Positions 27,268 to 38,176 are shown, counted from the stretch's first letter. The stretch: DNA of 64,000 bases from Glaciecola sp. (GCA_047628735.1 JBLHVT010000005.1:1426-65425), one strand, 5' to 3'. The notes: generated by a model not told the origin, from the sequence alone. A program made the numbers and translations.

Positions 27268-28155
27268 ATGAAGTTGTTAGCGTCTCGTCGATTCGTTATT
27301 CTGGCTTCGCTGTTTCTATTAAGTCACTGCAATTCGAACTCTTACGTATTAGTGAACTCATCTAATCAAAATAGTCGAGTCGATTATTTGGTTATTCATG
27401 GTACCTCAGAAAATTTTTCAGAATCTTTGCGCCTACTCACCACGAAGACATCAAATCCGGTCAGTGTTCATTACATGGTTCCAGAAATTAATGATCGTTC
27501 TTACCCCTTAGATAAACTGCGTGTTTACTCTTTAGTTCCAGAGCATCGGCGGGCGTGGCATGCAGGCAGGAGTTATTGGGCAGAAGAGTCGTCTTTGAAC
27601 AACCGCTCAATAGGAATAGAAGTTGTTAATGAATTTAAGTGCGGTGGCAGCGTTGCTAAGCCGCTATCCGAGTCCGCTGTTAGGGATGTCTCCTGTAGAT
27701 TTTTGCCTTATTCAGATGAACAGGTTTATCTTCTTATCACCTTAATCAAAGATATCCTTGCGCGTTATCCTGAGCTGGACCCTATCGACATCGTCGGCCA
27801 TTCTGACATTGCCATAATGAGAAAGTCAGATCCTGGTCCTTTGTTCCCCTGGCAGCGACTTTACAATGAAGGCATCGGTCCTTGGCCAGATGATGAGATA
27901 GTTGCAAAGTATATGCGTTTATTTAGTGGTTCCAGGCCTGCTGTAGAATCAGTCCAGCTAGCACTGTCAACCTTAGGCTATGAGATAGAGTTAACCGGCA
28001 TAGTGGATACTCAAACTCAATTCACTGTGCGAGCATTTCAATTGCACTTTCGGCCAATCGACTATTCTGGTGTTCTTGATATAGACACGCTTGCTCGGCT
28101 ATGGGCGCTTCTGGAGAAATATCGCTCCGATGAACTTGCCGAGATGGCGCTGTGA
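27268..28155 (+). CDS. amiD: N-acetylmuramoyl-L-alanine amidase (Amidase_2, AmiD-like) with a C-terminal peptidoglycan-binding domain
   Basis: Supporting motifs are YLVIHGTSE, AWHAGRSYW, NNRSIGIEVVN and GHSDIAIMRKSDPGPLFPW. The C-terminal VQLALSTLGYEI...RAFQLHF resembles PG_binding_1. The start is taken at MKLLASRRFVILASLFLLSHC, a signal or lipoprotein-like peptide with a non-canonical lipobox. Confidence 0.8.
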   Translation: MKLLASRRFVILASLFLLSHCNSNSYVLVNSSNQNSRVDYLVIHGTSENFSESLRLLTTKTSNPVSVHYMVPEINDRSYPLDKLRVYSLVPEHRRAWHAGRSYWAEESSLNNRSIGIEVVNEFKCGGSVAKPLSESAVRDVSCRFLPYSDEQVYLLITLIKDILARYPELDPIDIVGHSDIAIMRKSDPGPLFPWQRLYNEGIGPWPDDEIVAKYMRLFSGSRPAVESVQLALSTLGYEIELTGIVDTQTQFTVRAFQLHFRPIDYSGVLDIDTLARLWALLEKYRSDELAEMAL

Positions 28156-28823
28156 AATTATTCGCGGTCAAAGCAGTACCTACCGTGAATTGGAGTTCCA
28201 GCCATCCGCTGAATTTTAAACCCGCATCTAACACGTTGTTTTTGCTTTGTTTAGGCTTAACTCTATTTGGCTTAGGTGAGGCATTGATGATAGCGGCGGG
28301 TTTCGGAGTCAGTCCGTGGATCGTTCTATCGCAGGGTATTGCCGAAATCTCAGATATTAGCATCGGTTTGACGACTTTCTTCGTTAGCGCTGTGGTTCTG
28401 CTGCTATGGATTCCGCTTAAGCAAACCCCTGGGCTCGGCACGCTGCTTAATGCCCTGATTATCGCGGTTGTTATTGATTACAGCTTGCCTTGGCTGCCAT
28501 ATCCTCAGGCCTTTATTTTCAAAGGGCTGGAGTGCCTGGCAGGAATCATCATGGTTGGGTTTGGTAGTGCGATTTATTTAATGGCGCATTTAGGGCCCGG
28601 CCCCAGAGATGGACTCATGACGGGGCTGCAAAGGGTGACTCAATATCCTATCGCTAGAGTCAGAACAAGCATCGAAATTGTGGTTGTCGTATTAGGTTTT
28701 TTCCTAGGTGGCACAGTGGGTTTAGGCACTTTTTTGTTTGCCTTCACAATTGGACCGTCTGTTTCGGCTGGACTGTTCGTAGTATCAAAGCTCTCCAACA
28801 GTGGTACCGATGATGAGAGGTGA
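28152..28823 (+). CDS. YczE/YitT-like integral membrane protein
   Basis: It has six predicted TM helices. GLGEALMIAAGFGVSPW and GPGPRDGLM are motifs characteristic of this family. The GTG start overlaps the amidase stop. Confidence 0.65.
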   Translation: MKLFAVKAVPTVNWSSSHPLNFKPASNTLFLLCLGLTLFGLGEALMIAAGFGVSPWIVLSQGIAEISDISIGLTTFFVSAVVLLLWIPLKQTPGLGTLLNALIIAVVIDYSLPWLPYPQAFIFKGLECLAGIIMVGFGSAIYLMAHLGPGPRDGLMTGLQRVTQYPIARVRTSIEIVVVVLGFFLGGTVGLGTFLFAFTIGPSVSAGLFVVSKLSNSGTDDER

Positions 28824-28828
28824 TCAAT

Positions 28829-29317
28829 ATGTCATCTACAGGTGAATCTGTCGCGGACTTGGAAACTCATGAACGCTGGATGGCTTTGGCTTTGGCTGAG
28901 GCTGAGCGGGCAAGACAATTAGATGAGGTGCCAGTGGGTGCTGTTGTTGTTTATAGAGACAAGCTCGTAGGCGTCGGCTGCAACCGTCCTATCACGTCTA
29001 ATGATCCAACTTCCCATGCTGAAATACAGGCCATAAGACAAGCCTGTGATTCTGAGCAAAACTATCGCCTGCTTGGAACTACGATGTATGTCACTATAGA
29101 GCCCTGTGCGATGTGTGTCGGCGCTATGGTGCACGCCAGAATAGACACCGTGGTGTTTGGCGCTCGAGAGCCAAAAGCCGGCGCGCTGATAAGTCAGATG
29201 ACGTTAGGGCAAGCTCCCCATTTTAACCACGAGCTTCAGGTAATTGAGGGCGTGCTCGCTGAGGACTGCAGGTTGATTATGCAGACATTTTTTAAATCAA
29301 AGCGTTCGAAAGCTTGA
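28829..29317 (+). CDS. tadA: tRNA adenosine(34) deaminase
   Basis: Supporting motifs are EVPVGAVVV, HAEIQAIR and PCAMCVGAM (the CDA zinc motifs). GAGAGG lies 8 nt before ATG 28829, so I prefer that start to GTG 28820. Confidence 0.92.
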   Translation: MSSTGESVADLETHERWMALALAEAERARQLDEVPVGAVVVYRDKLVGVGCNRPITSNDPTSHAEIQAIRQACDSEQNYRLLGTTMYVTIEPCAMCVGAMVHARIDTVVFGAREPKAGALISQMTLGQAPHFNHELQVIEGVLAEDCRLIMQTFFKSKRSKA

Positions 29318-29383
29318 TCTATTGCCGCAGCGCTTGTATAAAATCCCACACATCAAATTTTTAGGCGCCGATAGCCAGAAACT

Positions 29384-29920
29384 ATGAGATTTTTAACCCT
29401 TCTTCTAACCCTTCTCCCAAAGCTTCTCGTGCTTGCGTTACTCAGCGGCTGTGCAGATTCATACACTTACAAAGCCTACTTGGGTGCCCCTCGCGAAACA
29501 CTGCAAGTTGCTAAAATAAGCGGTTCTCAATACGTTCGTCGAGACACAATTAATCGCTATGTAGATGCCGTGAAATTTTATGGTATCGATGGTAAATCGA
29601 TAGAAAACAGTTTGGGTTATAACTTAGTCGAAGTAGCCCCAGGTTTTCACGATATTGCGGTGTATTTTTATTGGGATATGGGCAGTCAAAAAGGCTTAGC
29701 CTCAGCCCTCGTTAGCTATGCGTCTTCTCGCGAATCACTTAACCGAACTCTGCGCTTCAACGCCCGTGTCGGGATGACCTACTCAGTAAAAGCAAAACCG
29801 TTTTTTACAGGTGATGACGAAGATATAACTAGTCTCTCGCATGTTGATTTTTGGATTGAAGATCAAAATGGTATTGTGATCGTGTCCAAAGAAGCAGGGA
29901 GATATCAGCCGCAATCTTAA
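29384..29920 (+). CDS. Lipoprotein of unknown function
   Basis: The signal peptide carries a canonical lipobox (LLSGC/ADS). I recognised no family. Confidence 0.6.
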   Translation: MRFLTLLLTLLPKLLVLALLSGCADSYTYKAYLGAPRETLQVAKISGSQYVRRDTINRYVDAVKFYGIDGKSIENSLGYNLVEVAPGFHDIAVYFYWDMGSQKGLASALVSYASSRESLNRTLRFNARVGMTYSVKAKPFFTGDDEDITSLSHVDFWIEDQNGIVIVSKEAGRYQPQS

Positions 29921-30096
29921 GCGCTGCTCTGATCACTTCAAAGTACTGAGCCCTCTTGTAGCGGCGCATGAAAGGTTAGCTAAATAAGCCACTATTTTTT
30001 TCTGAATTTACGCTGTAAATCAATTATCATCCTGCCTGCGCATAGTCAGGCAGTTCAGCTGCTTCTTCTGTAAATTAATCAAAGGACTTATCCTCC

Positions 30097-33000
30097 ATGC
30101 AAGTGATGTTTGGGGCTTCGGCTCTTTCTCCCTTCAATAACTCCAAACTACTTAACGTTCTGCAAAGTAAAATCTCCTGCATCGATGCTATTGATGCTCG
30201 TTATGTTCACTTGACCGATACGACACAGGCGCTAACCGAAGAGCAAACCAAAATTGTCGGCTCTTTGTTAAGCTATGGCACTGCCTATAGCAACTCGGCA
30301 ACTGGCGCTGATCCGGTCGGAGTCATAGTGCTCGAGCGTATAGTAACGCCGCGCCCAGGCACTATTTCCCCTTGGTCCAGTAAGGCTACTGACATCATCC
30401 ACAATTGTGGCTTGACTTCGGTTAAGCGTGTTGAGCGTGCTATCCAATTTAAAATATCGGTCACGGCACCACTAAGCAGCACACAATTGCTGCAACTTGA
30501 TAGTTTGCTGCATGACAGGATGACGCAAACGGTGATGGGGGACACTGCTGGCGCGGCTATTTTGTTCAGGACAGCGCAGCCCAAGCCAGTGTTATCGGTA
30601 GATATTATAGGCAGCGGAAGAGAGGCCTTGGCAGAGGCCAATTCAGCTCTGGGTCTGGCCTTGGCAGATGACGAAATAGATTACTTAGTAGACAGTTTTA
30701 CTGCGCTTAAACGCAATCCAAATGACGTCGAATTGATGATGTTCGCGCAGGCAAATTCTGAGCACTGTCGCCACAAAATTTTTAATGCCAGCTGGGAAAT
30801 TGACGGTGAGGAAAAGGCCCATTCTTTGTTTTCAATGATTCGAAATACGCATGCTTGCTCGCCGCAAAATGTTCTTTCTGCGTATTCTGATAATGCAGCA
30901 GTCATGAGCGGCAGCCAAGGCGAACGTTTTTTTCCGAATCCAGAATCAAAGCAGTATGAATTTGTTGATGAACCTATTCATATTCTGATGAAAGTGGAGA
31001 CTCACAATCACCCAACGGCTATAGCTCCTTTTCCTGGCGCATCAACCGGGTCTGGCGGGGAGATTAGAGATGAGGGGGCGACTGGGAAAGGCGGCAAGCC
31101 TAAGGCGGGTTTGACTGGGTTTAGTGTCTCCAATTTGAAAATCCCCGGCTTTGAGCAGCCTTGGGAAGTGGACTTTGGTAAGCCAGCGCACATTGCCTCG
31201 GCGCTCGATATTATGATCGAGGCGCCGCTGGGAGGCGCTGCATTCAACAACGAATTTGGTAGGCCCAACCTATGTGGGTATTTCCGAACATTTGAAGAAG
31301 TTAAAACTAACGAAGCCGGCATTGATGAAGTGCGGGGCTACCATAAGCCCATCATGATCGCTGGCGGTATTGGTAACATTAGAGAAATGCACGTGGAAAA
31401 GGGTCAGATTGACCTAGGTGCTAAACTCATTGTTTTAGGTGGTCCCGCTATGCTGATTGGCTTAGGCGGTGGGGCGGCATCTTCGATGGCAGCCGGCACA
31501 GGTAACGAAGATTTAGACTTTGCATCCGTGCAAAGAGAAAACGCGGAGATGGAGCGTCGCTGTCAGGAAGTCATCGATCAGTGCTGGCAATTAGGAACTA
31601 ACAACCCTATTGGTTTCATTCACGATGTGGGTGCGGGTGGTTTATCCAATGCGCTACCTGAGCTTGTCAAAGACGGAGGCACGGGTGGCAACTTTAACCT
31701 TCGGGATATTCCTAACGCCGAACTTGAAATGTCGCCTCTTGAGATTTGGTGTAACGAATCCCAAGAACGCTATGTGCTAGCAGTAAATCCATCTAATTTA
31801 GCAAGGTTCGAAAGCATTTGTACTCGAGAGCGTTGTCCGTTTGCGGTGGTGGGCGAGTCTGTTGACGAAAAACATATTCGACTAAGCGACAGCCATTTTA
31901 GGAATCAGCCAATCGATCTGCCTATGGATGTGTTATTCGGTAAAGCGCCTAAGATGCACCGAAAAGCGGTCACGCCAGAGCCTGTATCTAGCGAATTTGA
32001 CATCACCAGTATTGAGCTGGGTGAGGCTATTGATCGAGTTTTGGCGTTACCATCAGTTGCCAGTAAATCATTTTTAATAACGATCGGAGACCGAACGATC
32101 ACCGGGCTGGTTCACCGCGATCAAATGGTTGGTCCTTGGCAGGTGCCCGTGGCTGATGCGGCTATAACAGCGTCATCGTTCACCAGTTATTGCGGTGAAG
32201 CGATGGCAATGGGAGAGCGCTCGCCGCTGGCGCTGTTTAATGCTCCAGCGTCTGGTCGCATGGCGATAGGTGAGGCGATTACTAATATTGCTTGCGCGGA
32301 AATAGACAGACTGAATGACATCAAGCTTTCGGCTAATTGGATGGTAGCTGCAGGTCATGGCTGTGAAGATCAAAAGCTCTTTGCCACCGTTGAATCGGTA
32401 GGTATGGAATTATGTCCTGCTCTTGGAATCTGTATCCCGGTAGGTAAAGACTCCATGTCTATGCGCACGGTTTGGAGAGACTCAGATAGCGGTGAAGAGA
32501 AAAGTAATACAGCGCCGCTATCGCTAGTCGTTACCGCGTTTGCGCCAGTAAAAGATATCCGATCGTCATTGACCCCAGAGCTTGCCACTGACAGAGGGCC
32601 AAGCCATCTTTATGTGATTGATTTAGGTCGTGGCCAGCAGCGTCTCGCAGGGTCTGCACTGGCTCAAGTTTACCGAAACCTGAATGGCCAGGCGCCTGAT
32701 CTAGATAATGCTGAAGATTTGATTAATTTCTTTGATTTAGTTCAACAGGCCCGACAGGCAAACTTGTTGCTGTCTTATCATGATCGCTCCGATGGCGGCT
32801 TGTTAACCACACTAGTTGAAATGGCGTTCGCAGGGCGCTGTGGTTTGGAAATCAATTTGGACGAAGCGCAAGAGCCACTTTCACTGTTGTTTAACGAAGA
32901 GCTGGGCGCTGTAGTGCAAGTTCTCGATGATCGATCAGCTGAGTTCGAAGCGCTGACTCAGCGCTTAGCTTTGCTGGATTGTGTTACTCAAATTGCCTCA

Positions 33001-34017
33001 GTGAATGACAAAGACCAGATAATTGTGCGCCACGGTAGTAAGACCCTTATCAGTAAAAGTCGAGCCGAACTGCAGCGGCAGTGGGCGGCTACTAGCTATC
33101 AGATGCAGCGAATTCGTGATAATTCTGAGTGTGCTCAACAAGAGTACGACAGCCTTCTTGATGACATCGATCCAGGCTTAAATATTAAACTTAGCTTTGA
33201 TGTTAATGACGATATTAGTGCCCCTTACATTAATAGCGGAGTGTTGCCTAAGGCGGCGATACTTCGAGAGCAGGGCGTTAACGGGCATGTTGAAATGGCT
33301 GCCGCATTTGACCGTGCAGGGTTTGCAGCGGTAGATGTCCACATGACTGATCTCATTGAGGGTAGAGTAGATCTCGAAGAATTTAATACGGTTGTTGCCT
33401 GTGGAGGCTTCTCGTATGGCGATGTCTTAGGGGCTGGCGGTGGCTGGGCTAAGACTATCTTGTTTAATGATGAGGTTAGGCGCCAGTTTAAAAAGTATTT
33501 TGAAAACCCGAACACTCTGACCCTAGGGGTTTGCAACGGTTGCCAAATGGTGTCGTTGCTTCATGAGTTGATTCCGGGCGCTAATGATTGGCCGACTTTT
33601 CAACGCAACCGCTCGGAGCAATTTGAGGCGCGATTAAGTTTGACCACGGTGCAGGACACAAAGTCTGCATTCTTGGCTGACATGGCGGGTTCACAAATTG
33701 CTATTGCCGTGGCCCATGGTGAGGGCAGGGCAGAGTTTGCCAACAGCGACGCAGAATCACGGTTTCTACAATCGGCTAATTTGGCACTTCAATACGTCAA
33801 TAATCACGGTAAGATCACCGCTGATTATCCCGCTAACCCAAACGGTTCATTCGCCGCGATTGCTGGACTTTGCAGCGACGATGGCCGCGTTACTATTATG
33901 ATGCCGCATCCGGAGCGTGTCTTTAGAGCAAGCCAAAACTCGTGGAAACCGGATGTTTGGGCAGAAGATGCACCGACCATACGAATGTTTCGAAATGCGC
34001 GAAAGTGGCTGGGGTAG
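30097..34017 (+). CDS. purL: Phosphoribosylformylglycinamidine synthase (single-chain large PurL)
   Basis: The 1306-aa protein has the FGAM synthase layout. Supporting motifs are [37 protein letters not shown], and the C-terminal glutaminase GVCNGCQM with MPHPER. Confidence 0.98.
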   Translation: MQVMFGASALSPFNNSKLLNVLQSKISCIDAIDARYVHLTDTTQALTEEQTKIVGSLLSYGTAYSNSATGADPVGVIVLERIVTPRPGTISPWSSKATDIIHNCGLTSVKRVERAIQFKISVTAPLSSTQLLQLDSLLHDRMTQTVMGDTAGAAILFRTAQPKPVLSVDIIGSGREALAEANSALGLALADDEIDYLVDSFTALKRNPNDVELMMFAQANSEHCRHKIFNASWEIDGEEKAHSLFSMIRNTHACSPQNVLSAYSDNAAVMSGSQGERFFPNPESKQYEFVDEPIHILMKVETHNHPTAIAPFPGASTGSGGEIRDEGATGKGGKPKAGLTGFSVSNLKIPGFEQPWEVDFGKPAHIASALDIMIEAPLGGAAFNNEFGRPNLCGYFRTFEEVKTNEAGIDEVRGYHKPIMIAGGIGNIREMHVEKGQIDLGAKLIVLGGPAMLIGLGGGAASSMAAGTGNEDLDFASVQRENAEMERRCQEVIDQCWQLGTNNPIGFIHDVGAGGLSNALPELVKDGGTGGNFNLRDIPNAELEMSPLEIWCNESQERYVLAVNPSNLARFESICTRERCPFAVVGESVDEKHIRLSDSHFRNQPIDLPMDVLFGKAPKMHRKAVTPEPVSSEFDITSIELGEAIDRVLALPSVASKSFLITIGDRTITGLVHRDQMVGPWQVPVADAAITASSFTSYCGEAMAMGERSPLALFNAPASGRMAIGEAITNIACAEIDRLNDIKLSANWMVAAGHGCEDQKLFATVESVGMELCPALGICIPVGKDSMSMRTVWRDSDSGEEKSNTAPLSLVVTAFAPVKDIRSSLTPELATDRGPSHLYVIDLGRGQQRLAGSALAQVYRNLNGQAPDLDNAEDLINFFDLVQQARQANLLLSYHDRSDGGLLTTLVEMAFAGRCGLEINLDEAQEPLSLLFNEELGAVVQVLDDRSAEFEALTQRLALLDCVTQIASVNDKDQIIVRHGSKTLISKSRAELQRQWAATSYQMQRIRDNSECAQQEYDSLLDDIDPGLNIKLSFDVNDDISAPYINSGVLPKAAILREQGVNGHVEMAAAFDRAGFAAVDVHMTDLIEGRVDLEEFNTVVACGGFSYGDVLGAGGGWAKTILFNDEVRRQFKKYFENPNTLTLGVCNGCQMVSLLHELIPGANDWPTFQRNRSEQFEARLSLTTVQDTKSAFLADMAGSQIAIAVAHGEGRAEFANSDAESRFLQSANLALQYVNNHGKITADYPANPNGSFAAIAGLCSDDGRVTIMMPHPERVFRASQNSWKPDVWAEDAPTIRMFRNARKWLG

Positions 34018-34022
34018 CCATC

Positions 34023-34349
34023 GTGACGCAAAGCATAGTGAAAATTGAATTTTATGTCCCAGGGTCCCATCTGGAGTCTGTAAAGACCGCTATGTTTTGT
34101 GCCGGTGCTGGAAAAGTTGGAGACTATGATTGCTGTGCTTGGCAGACTCTTGGGCAGGGTCAGTTTAGACCGCTTGCAGGCAGTAACCCCTATGTGGGAA
34201 ACGCCAATAAAATTGAGATACTGGCTGAATACAAGGTTGAAATGGTGTGTGACAGCTTGATTGCTGGCAAAGCAATAACTGCCATGAAAGAAGCCCATCC
34301 CTTTGAAGAAGTGGCTTACTCGGTAGCGCCTATTCTGGCAGAGGTTTAG
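34023..34349 (+). CDS. Small conserved protein of the YqfO / NIF3-insert-like family (function unknown)
   Basis: KIEFYVPGSHLESVKTAMFCAGAGKVGDYDCCAWQTLGQGQFRPL.GSNPYVG matches the roughly 100-aa family that starts M.K..FYVP. The part of the ORF upstream of purL's stop is spurious. The start is GTG 34023 or GTG 34038. Confidence 0.6.
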   Translation: MTQSIVKIEFYVPGSHLESVKTAMFCAGAGKVGDYDCCAWQTLGQGQFRPLAGSNPYVGNANKIEILAEYKVEMVCDSLIAGKAITAMKEAHPFEEVAYSVAPILAEV

Positions 34350-34482
34350 ATCGGTTACGCGGCAGCGTTTTTTACTGCTGTGTTTTGTCCTAAATTCTTT
34401 CTGTATTTTCCTACTTTAAGCTCCTAACATTCCTTCCTACTTTACCTTCCCATAGCCCTTTTTTGTGCTATACCACGCTAGT

Positions 34483-35415
34483 TTATTTGAAACTGAGCGC
34501 TCGAGCGCGGCGGGAGATAGTCGCTTCAGAAACTCCAAGGGCTTGGGCTGCCATTTTTTGATTGCCGCTGTAGTAGCCAACTGTATGTTCCACAACGCTA
34601 CCTTCAAACTCGCGCATCATCTGTTTTAAATTTAAGGTATTCTCAGACTGTGGGTCGTCACTTATTGAAATGCAATCAGTTAGTTTTTCAATGACTTGTC
34701 TATGCAGTTTTCGTTCTCGGCTGTAGGGAACCATTGCAAGCAACTTGAAAAGCCGTGTCTTTTCTTCAGCGTAGACAATCATTCCGAGCATCATTGTTAT
34801 TGCCACGGGCATGAATTGTGCTGCTGTGACAGCTATGCCAGCGGCCATGCTACCTAAAATTACCAAAGTGACTATGCTCGGTGGAAGCGTGCTTAACAAC
34901 ATCACAAAGCATCGCTGGCGGGCATGGTTAGAGCGTAAATGTCTGTACCCTCTAGTCAAAAGAGTAGTGCCTAATACTATGCCGAATACAAGATAGACTT
35001 GAATGATCCAGTAAGCGGAACCCGCTACTCGAGTAATTGCGATATCGGTATATACCCCGCCAGCAATCAAGTGGCGATTAAATATGATGTTGAGGATCAA
35101 TAATGCTAATGAAGTATTCAGTGTTCGTCTCACCATAGGTAAACGCCAACTAAAACCAGAAAATTGAATAGCGAGATTTAGATAGGAATGAATCAGGAAA
35201 GCGGCCGCGCAATAGTATGCTAGTAATATCACCAGCATGGTGTTGCCCTGATAGTTATGTTCATAGCCAAACATTTCGATAAGATTTAAAAAGCAGGCGG
35301 CAATCAGGAATAGGGCAAGATTGATATTGTCTCGCATTAACAATTCGCCATAGCGAATAAAAATGGCGAGCTTTACTACAATAGCGAATAAGGCTGGAAG
35401 AAGAAGGATTTCCAT
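34483..35415 (-). CDS. Polytopic membrane protein (about 7 TM) fused to a C-terminal Fis-type HTH DNA-binding domain
   Basis: The N-terminal 220 aa are seven hydrophobic helices. The C-terminus GNQKMAAQALGVSEATISRRARAL is the HTH_8/Fis pattern. There is no kinase, receiver or AAA+ domain. Confidence 0.6.
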   Translation of the reverse strand: MEILLLPALFAIVVKLAIFIRYGELLMRDNINLALFLIAACFLNLIEMFGYEHNYQGNTMLVILLAYYCAAAFLIHSYLNLAIQFSGFSWRLPMVRRTLNTSLALLILNIIFNRHLIAGGVYTDIAITRVAGSAYWIIQVYLVFGIVLGTTLLTRGYRHLRSNHARQRCFVMLLSTLPPSIVTLVILGSMAAGIAVTAAQFMPVAITMMLGMIVYAEEKTRLFKLLAMVPYSRERKLHRQVIEKLTDCISISDDPQSENTLNLKQMMREFEGSVVEHTVGYYSGNQKMAAQALGVSEATISRRARALSFK

Positions 35416-35713
35416 AATTTGTTACCACTTTTAATCTTTTATTAATCGAAGGCTTAAGACTGCTAAAACGGAGCCATAGGACCATTGCCGAAAACATTGA
35501 GCTTGGCTACCCATAGGCACCTATCTGAGTTGCAGCAGCTAAACCCAAACAAATATCTCCCATGATTTAAGGTAGCAGCAATGACGGGTTTTGTTAAGGC
35601 TGGAAAGGGCATTGAAGACAATTTTTGGGACAGACTTCTAAAAAATGAAACTTTCTGAGGCTGGTATTCCGTCCACTACCCCGGCGCTAGCATTTAGGGG
35701 AGTGGAGAGTCGG

Positions 35714-36373
35714 TTACTTTTTTTTAGAGCTGCCATTTACGAAGCTATCATTTAAAGAGCTATGGCTTATAAGGTTGGTGGTTACGCCGGTGTCTTTATG
35801 ATGATGAACATCAAACATCCTAACCGGAAAATGACGGGTCTTTATATCCTCAAAATACAGCTCGAGGGTCGTTTTTACCACAGGGAAGGCGATTTCTTTC
35901 CATGGAATATCGGCTTGTTTAAACAGTTCGACTTCAAGAGATTCTGCGCCGGGGGCAAAGTCTAGATTAGCCAGTTCACCTCGGAAGAACATATACACTT
36001 GATTGATAGTTGGTAAGTTGTACAAAGCGTATAGAGAGTCACTTTCTATGATGATCTCAGCTCCGGCTTCCTCTCTTGTTTCTCGAATCGCGCCGTTTAG
36101 GCTAGATTCGCCGTTTTCCATATAGCCAGCGGGTAGCGTCCATCTGCCGAGTCGCGGTTCAATGGCTCTGCGGCATAAAAGTACTTTATCCTCAAAGACG
36201 GGGAGGGTACCGACCACATTGTTTGGGTTTTGATAAAAAATGCTGTCACAGTTGCTACAGCAATGGCGGGGCTTATCATCACCCTCTGGTACTCTAAGTA
36301 TGATGGGTGATGCACATGTCTGGCAGAACTTCATAAACTCGGGCCGAATGGGAACTTGAATCAATTGTTCCAT
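35714..36373 (-). CDS. NUDIX hydrolase with an N-terminal zinc ribbon
   Basis: The zinc ribbon is CQTC..(18)..CSNC. The Nudix box is GYMENGESSLNGAIRETREEAGAE. Confidence 0.85.
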   Translation of the reverse strand: MEQLIQVPIRPEFMKFCQTCASPIILRVPEGDDKPRHCCSNCDSIFYQNPNNVVGTLPVFEDKVLLCRRAIEPRLGRWTLPAGYMENGESSLNGAIRETREEAGAEIIIESDSLYALYNLPTINQVYMFFRGELANLDFAPGAESLEVELFKQADIPWKEIAFPVVKTTLELYFEDIKTRHFPVRMFDVHHHKDTGVTTNLISHSSLNDSFVNGSSKKK

Positions 36374-36489
36374 AGTTTACTGCTTTCTAGCGGCTCAGGG
36401 AATCAAGTATTTGCAGTTTAAAAGGACTACTTGATGAACGTTTGGACCATACTATAGCTCATTACACCAGCACTGGCCCGAAAGGCCCC

Positions 36490-37281
36490 CTAAATACGAT
36501 TGATTTCGCAGTGCAGACGAAACTGTTTTGAAGTCATGTAGGCTTCAATATCTCGTAGCCTAATTTCTAGGGTTTTATAGAGTGTGGCACACTCCTGAGA
36601 GGAGTAATTTGACGACTCGTTGTTTTTAGCTCCACTAACTTCATCATCTTCCCGGGTTTCGCTGTCGCCCCCCTTTGACCGGTACTCTTCGTTGACATAG
36701 CTATTGCTGTAACCATAGCGCCGCGCTCTCTTTTCGGCTCGATACTCACTGCGCTGGCGACGTTTATCGCTCCAGCGCTGTTTTTTGGCCATTTTTCTCG
36801 CGTAGGTATCACTGTCCATCGTGGAGGGATCTGGATCAAACACAAAAGCGCAAATTAAATAAGCCCAAAAAGTAAAAGGGCCAAAAACAAAAAGGGAACC
36901 AAGTGTTACCGCTCTCACAGCGAAGCAGCTGACCTCTAGATAGTCTGCTATGCCGCTACAAACACCTGCAATGCGTTTATCGCGCGTATTTTTATAAATG
37001 GGTTTGCGGTAGTTAACGTTTTGAAAATGACTTTTAATTTTCGAATTACTGACATAGTCCTTAACTTTGGCTGTGTCCAGGTCATTAGAAAGGCAGAAGT
37101 ACAAAATAAAGTAGCCCAAGATAAGTGTTGGCCACGTGAGAACACAGATAACAAAAACGATACGAACAATTGTCGCAGGGATATCAAGCCAGTTTGCAAC
37201 ACCGGCGCACACCCCTAGCCATTTTGCATCTTTGGTATTTCTGCGTAAGCCGCTAAACCCGCTATTCGCTGCGCTGCTCAT
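36490..37281 (-). CDS. pspC: Envelope stress response membrane protein PspC, with two tandem PspC domains
   Basis: The first PspC domain is RRNTKDAKWLGVCAGVANWLDIPATIVRIVFVI and the second is RDKRIAGVCSGIADYLEVSCFAVRAV. The C-terminal RLRDIEAYMTSKQFRL resembles the E. coli PspC tail. I prefer the start at ATG 37281, which overlaps the 3' end of pspB. Confidence 0.85.
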   Translation of the reverse strand: MSSAANSGFSGLRRNTKDAKWLGVCAGVANWLDIPATIVRIVFVICVLTWPTLILGYFILYFCLSNDLDTAKVKDYVSNSKIKSHFQNVNYRKPIYKNTRDKRIAGVCSGIADYLEVSCFAVRAVTLGSLFVFGPFTFWAYLICAFVFDPDPSTMDSDTYARKMAKKQRWSDKRRQRSEYRAEKRARRYGYSNSYVNEEYRSKGGDSETREDDEVSGAKNNESSNYSSQECATLYKTLEIRLRDIEAYMTSKQFRLHCEINRI

Positions 37282-37507
37282 TTTGCTCTCTCCACTCTGG
37301 TACTTCAGCATCTAGGATTGATTCCAATACGTCAATGCGCTGATTCAATGACTCGGCCATTGATGATAGCTCTGAGACGTTGAGGCTTTTATCTGATGGC
37401 AAAGGCGCAGGGTCATGGCGTTTGTCTTTTCGAAAGATAAAAATCCAAATCGTGATCGCACCAAGCGTCATTGCTACCGTAGCTGTTAGGAATTCGAAAA
37501 AAACCAT
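37262..37507 (-). CDS. pspB: Phage shock protein B
   Basis: It has a single N-terminal TM helix. NQRIDVLESILDAEVPEWRE matches the E. coli PspB sequence RIQALESILDAEHPNWR. Confidence 0.88.
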   Translation of the reverse strand: MVFFEFLTATVAMTLGAITIWIFIFRKDKRHDPAPLPSDKSLNVSELSSMAESLNQRIDVLESILDAEVPEWREQNEQRSE

Positions 37508-37516
37508 GACATATCC

Positions 37517-38176
37517 CTACTGATCTTTAAGTTTATTCTTAAGTTCTTCTAGTTCACGATCGATAGACTCTTCTTTCTCAAGCTCGTCAAACTCATTCTG
37601 CAAGCCGCGCTTCTCGAGGTGGGCGCTATCCATCTGTCCTTCCATTTGATCGATTTTCTTTTCGTAATACTCAAATTTGTCCAGCGCATTGTCAATAGTG
37701 TAATTGTTGAGCTGCCGATTTACATCCAGTCTTGATTCAGTGGCTTTGGTGCGAATGACGATAGTTTTTTGCCTGGCACGGGCATCGTTCAGTTTCGCTT
37801 GCAACTGTTCGATCTCAGAACTGAGTTTATCTAAAGTTTCGTCTAGTTTGTGCAGGTCTTTCTCAGTTATCTCAACGCTGGCAGTAATGTTGGACTTTTC
37901 CATCAATGCCGCTTTGGCGAGATCTTCGCGACCTTTAGAAAGAGCAAGTTCGGCTTTGCTTTCCCAGTCCCGTGCTTGTTTCTTGAGTTGATCGGCGCGC
38001 CTGGAAAGGGTTTTCTTCTCAGCGATAACCTTAGCGGTACCGCTGCGAACCTCAACTAAGGTTTCTTCCATTTCCTGAATCACCATACGGATCATCTTCT
38101 CCGGGTTCTCTGCTTTGTCGAGCAGCGACGTGATGTTGGAGTTGATAATGTCAGATAGTCTTGAAAATATGCTCAT
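37517..38176 (-). CDS. pspA: Phage shock protein A
   Basis: MSIFSRLSDIINSNITSLLDKAENPEKMIRMVIQEMEETLVEVR is the canonical PspA/IM30 N-terminus, and the rest is coiled coil. The start is ATG 38176, with GAGG 7-10 nt upstream. The ORF track adds 10 codons upstream of it. Confidence 0.95.
   Translation of the reverse strand: MSIFSRLSDIINSNITSLLDKAENPEKMIRMVIQEMEETLVEVRSGTAKVIAEKKTLSRRADQLKKQARDWESKAELALSKGREDLAKAALMEKSNITASVEITEKDLHKLDETLDKLSSEIEQLQAKLNDARARQKTIVIRTKATESRLDVNRQLNNYTIDNALDKFEYYEKKIDQMEGQMDSAHLEKRGLQNEFDELEKEESIDRELEELKNKLKDQ

Noticed and set aside
30032-30053. A hairpin ctgcctg-N8-caggcag upstream of purL, considered as a PurR box or attenuator.
   Set aside because: It does not resemble the PurR operator (ACGCAAACGTTTGCGT type). 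The stem is only 7 bp with no U-tract, so nothing supports a function.
33825-34298. A 157-aa minus-strand ORF, and the N-terminal extension (33942-34022) of the small YqfO-like ORF.
   Set aside because: Both overlap the well-supported 3' end of purL. The family alignment of the small protein begins at ..KIEFYVP, after the purL stop.
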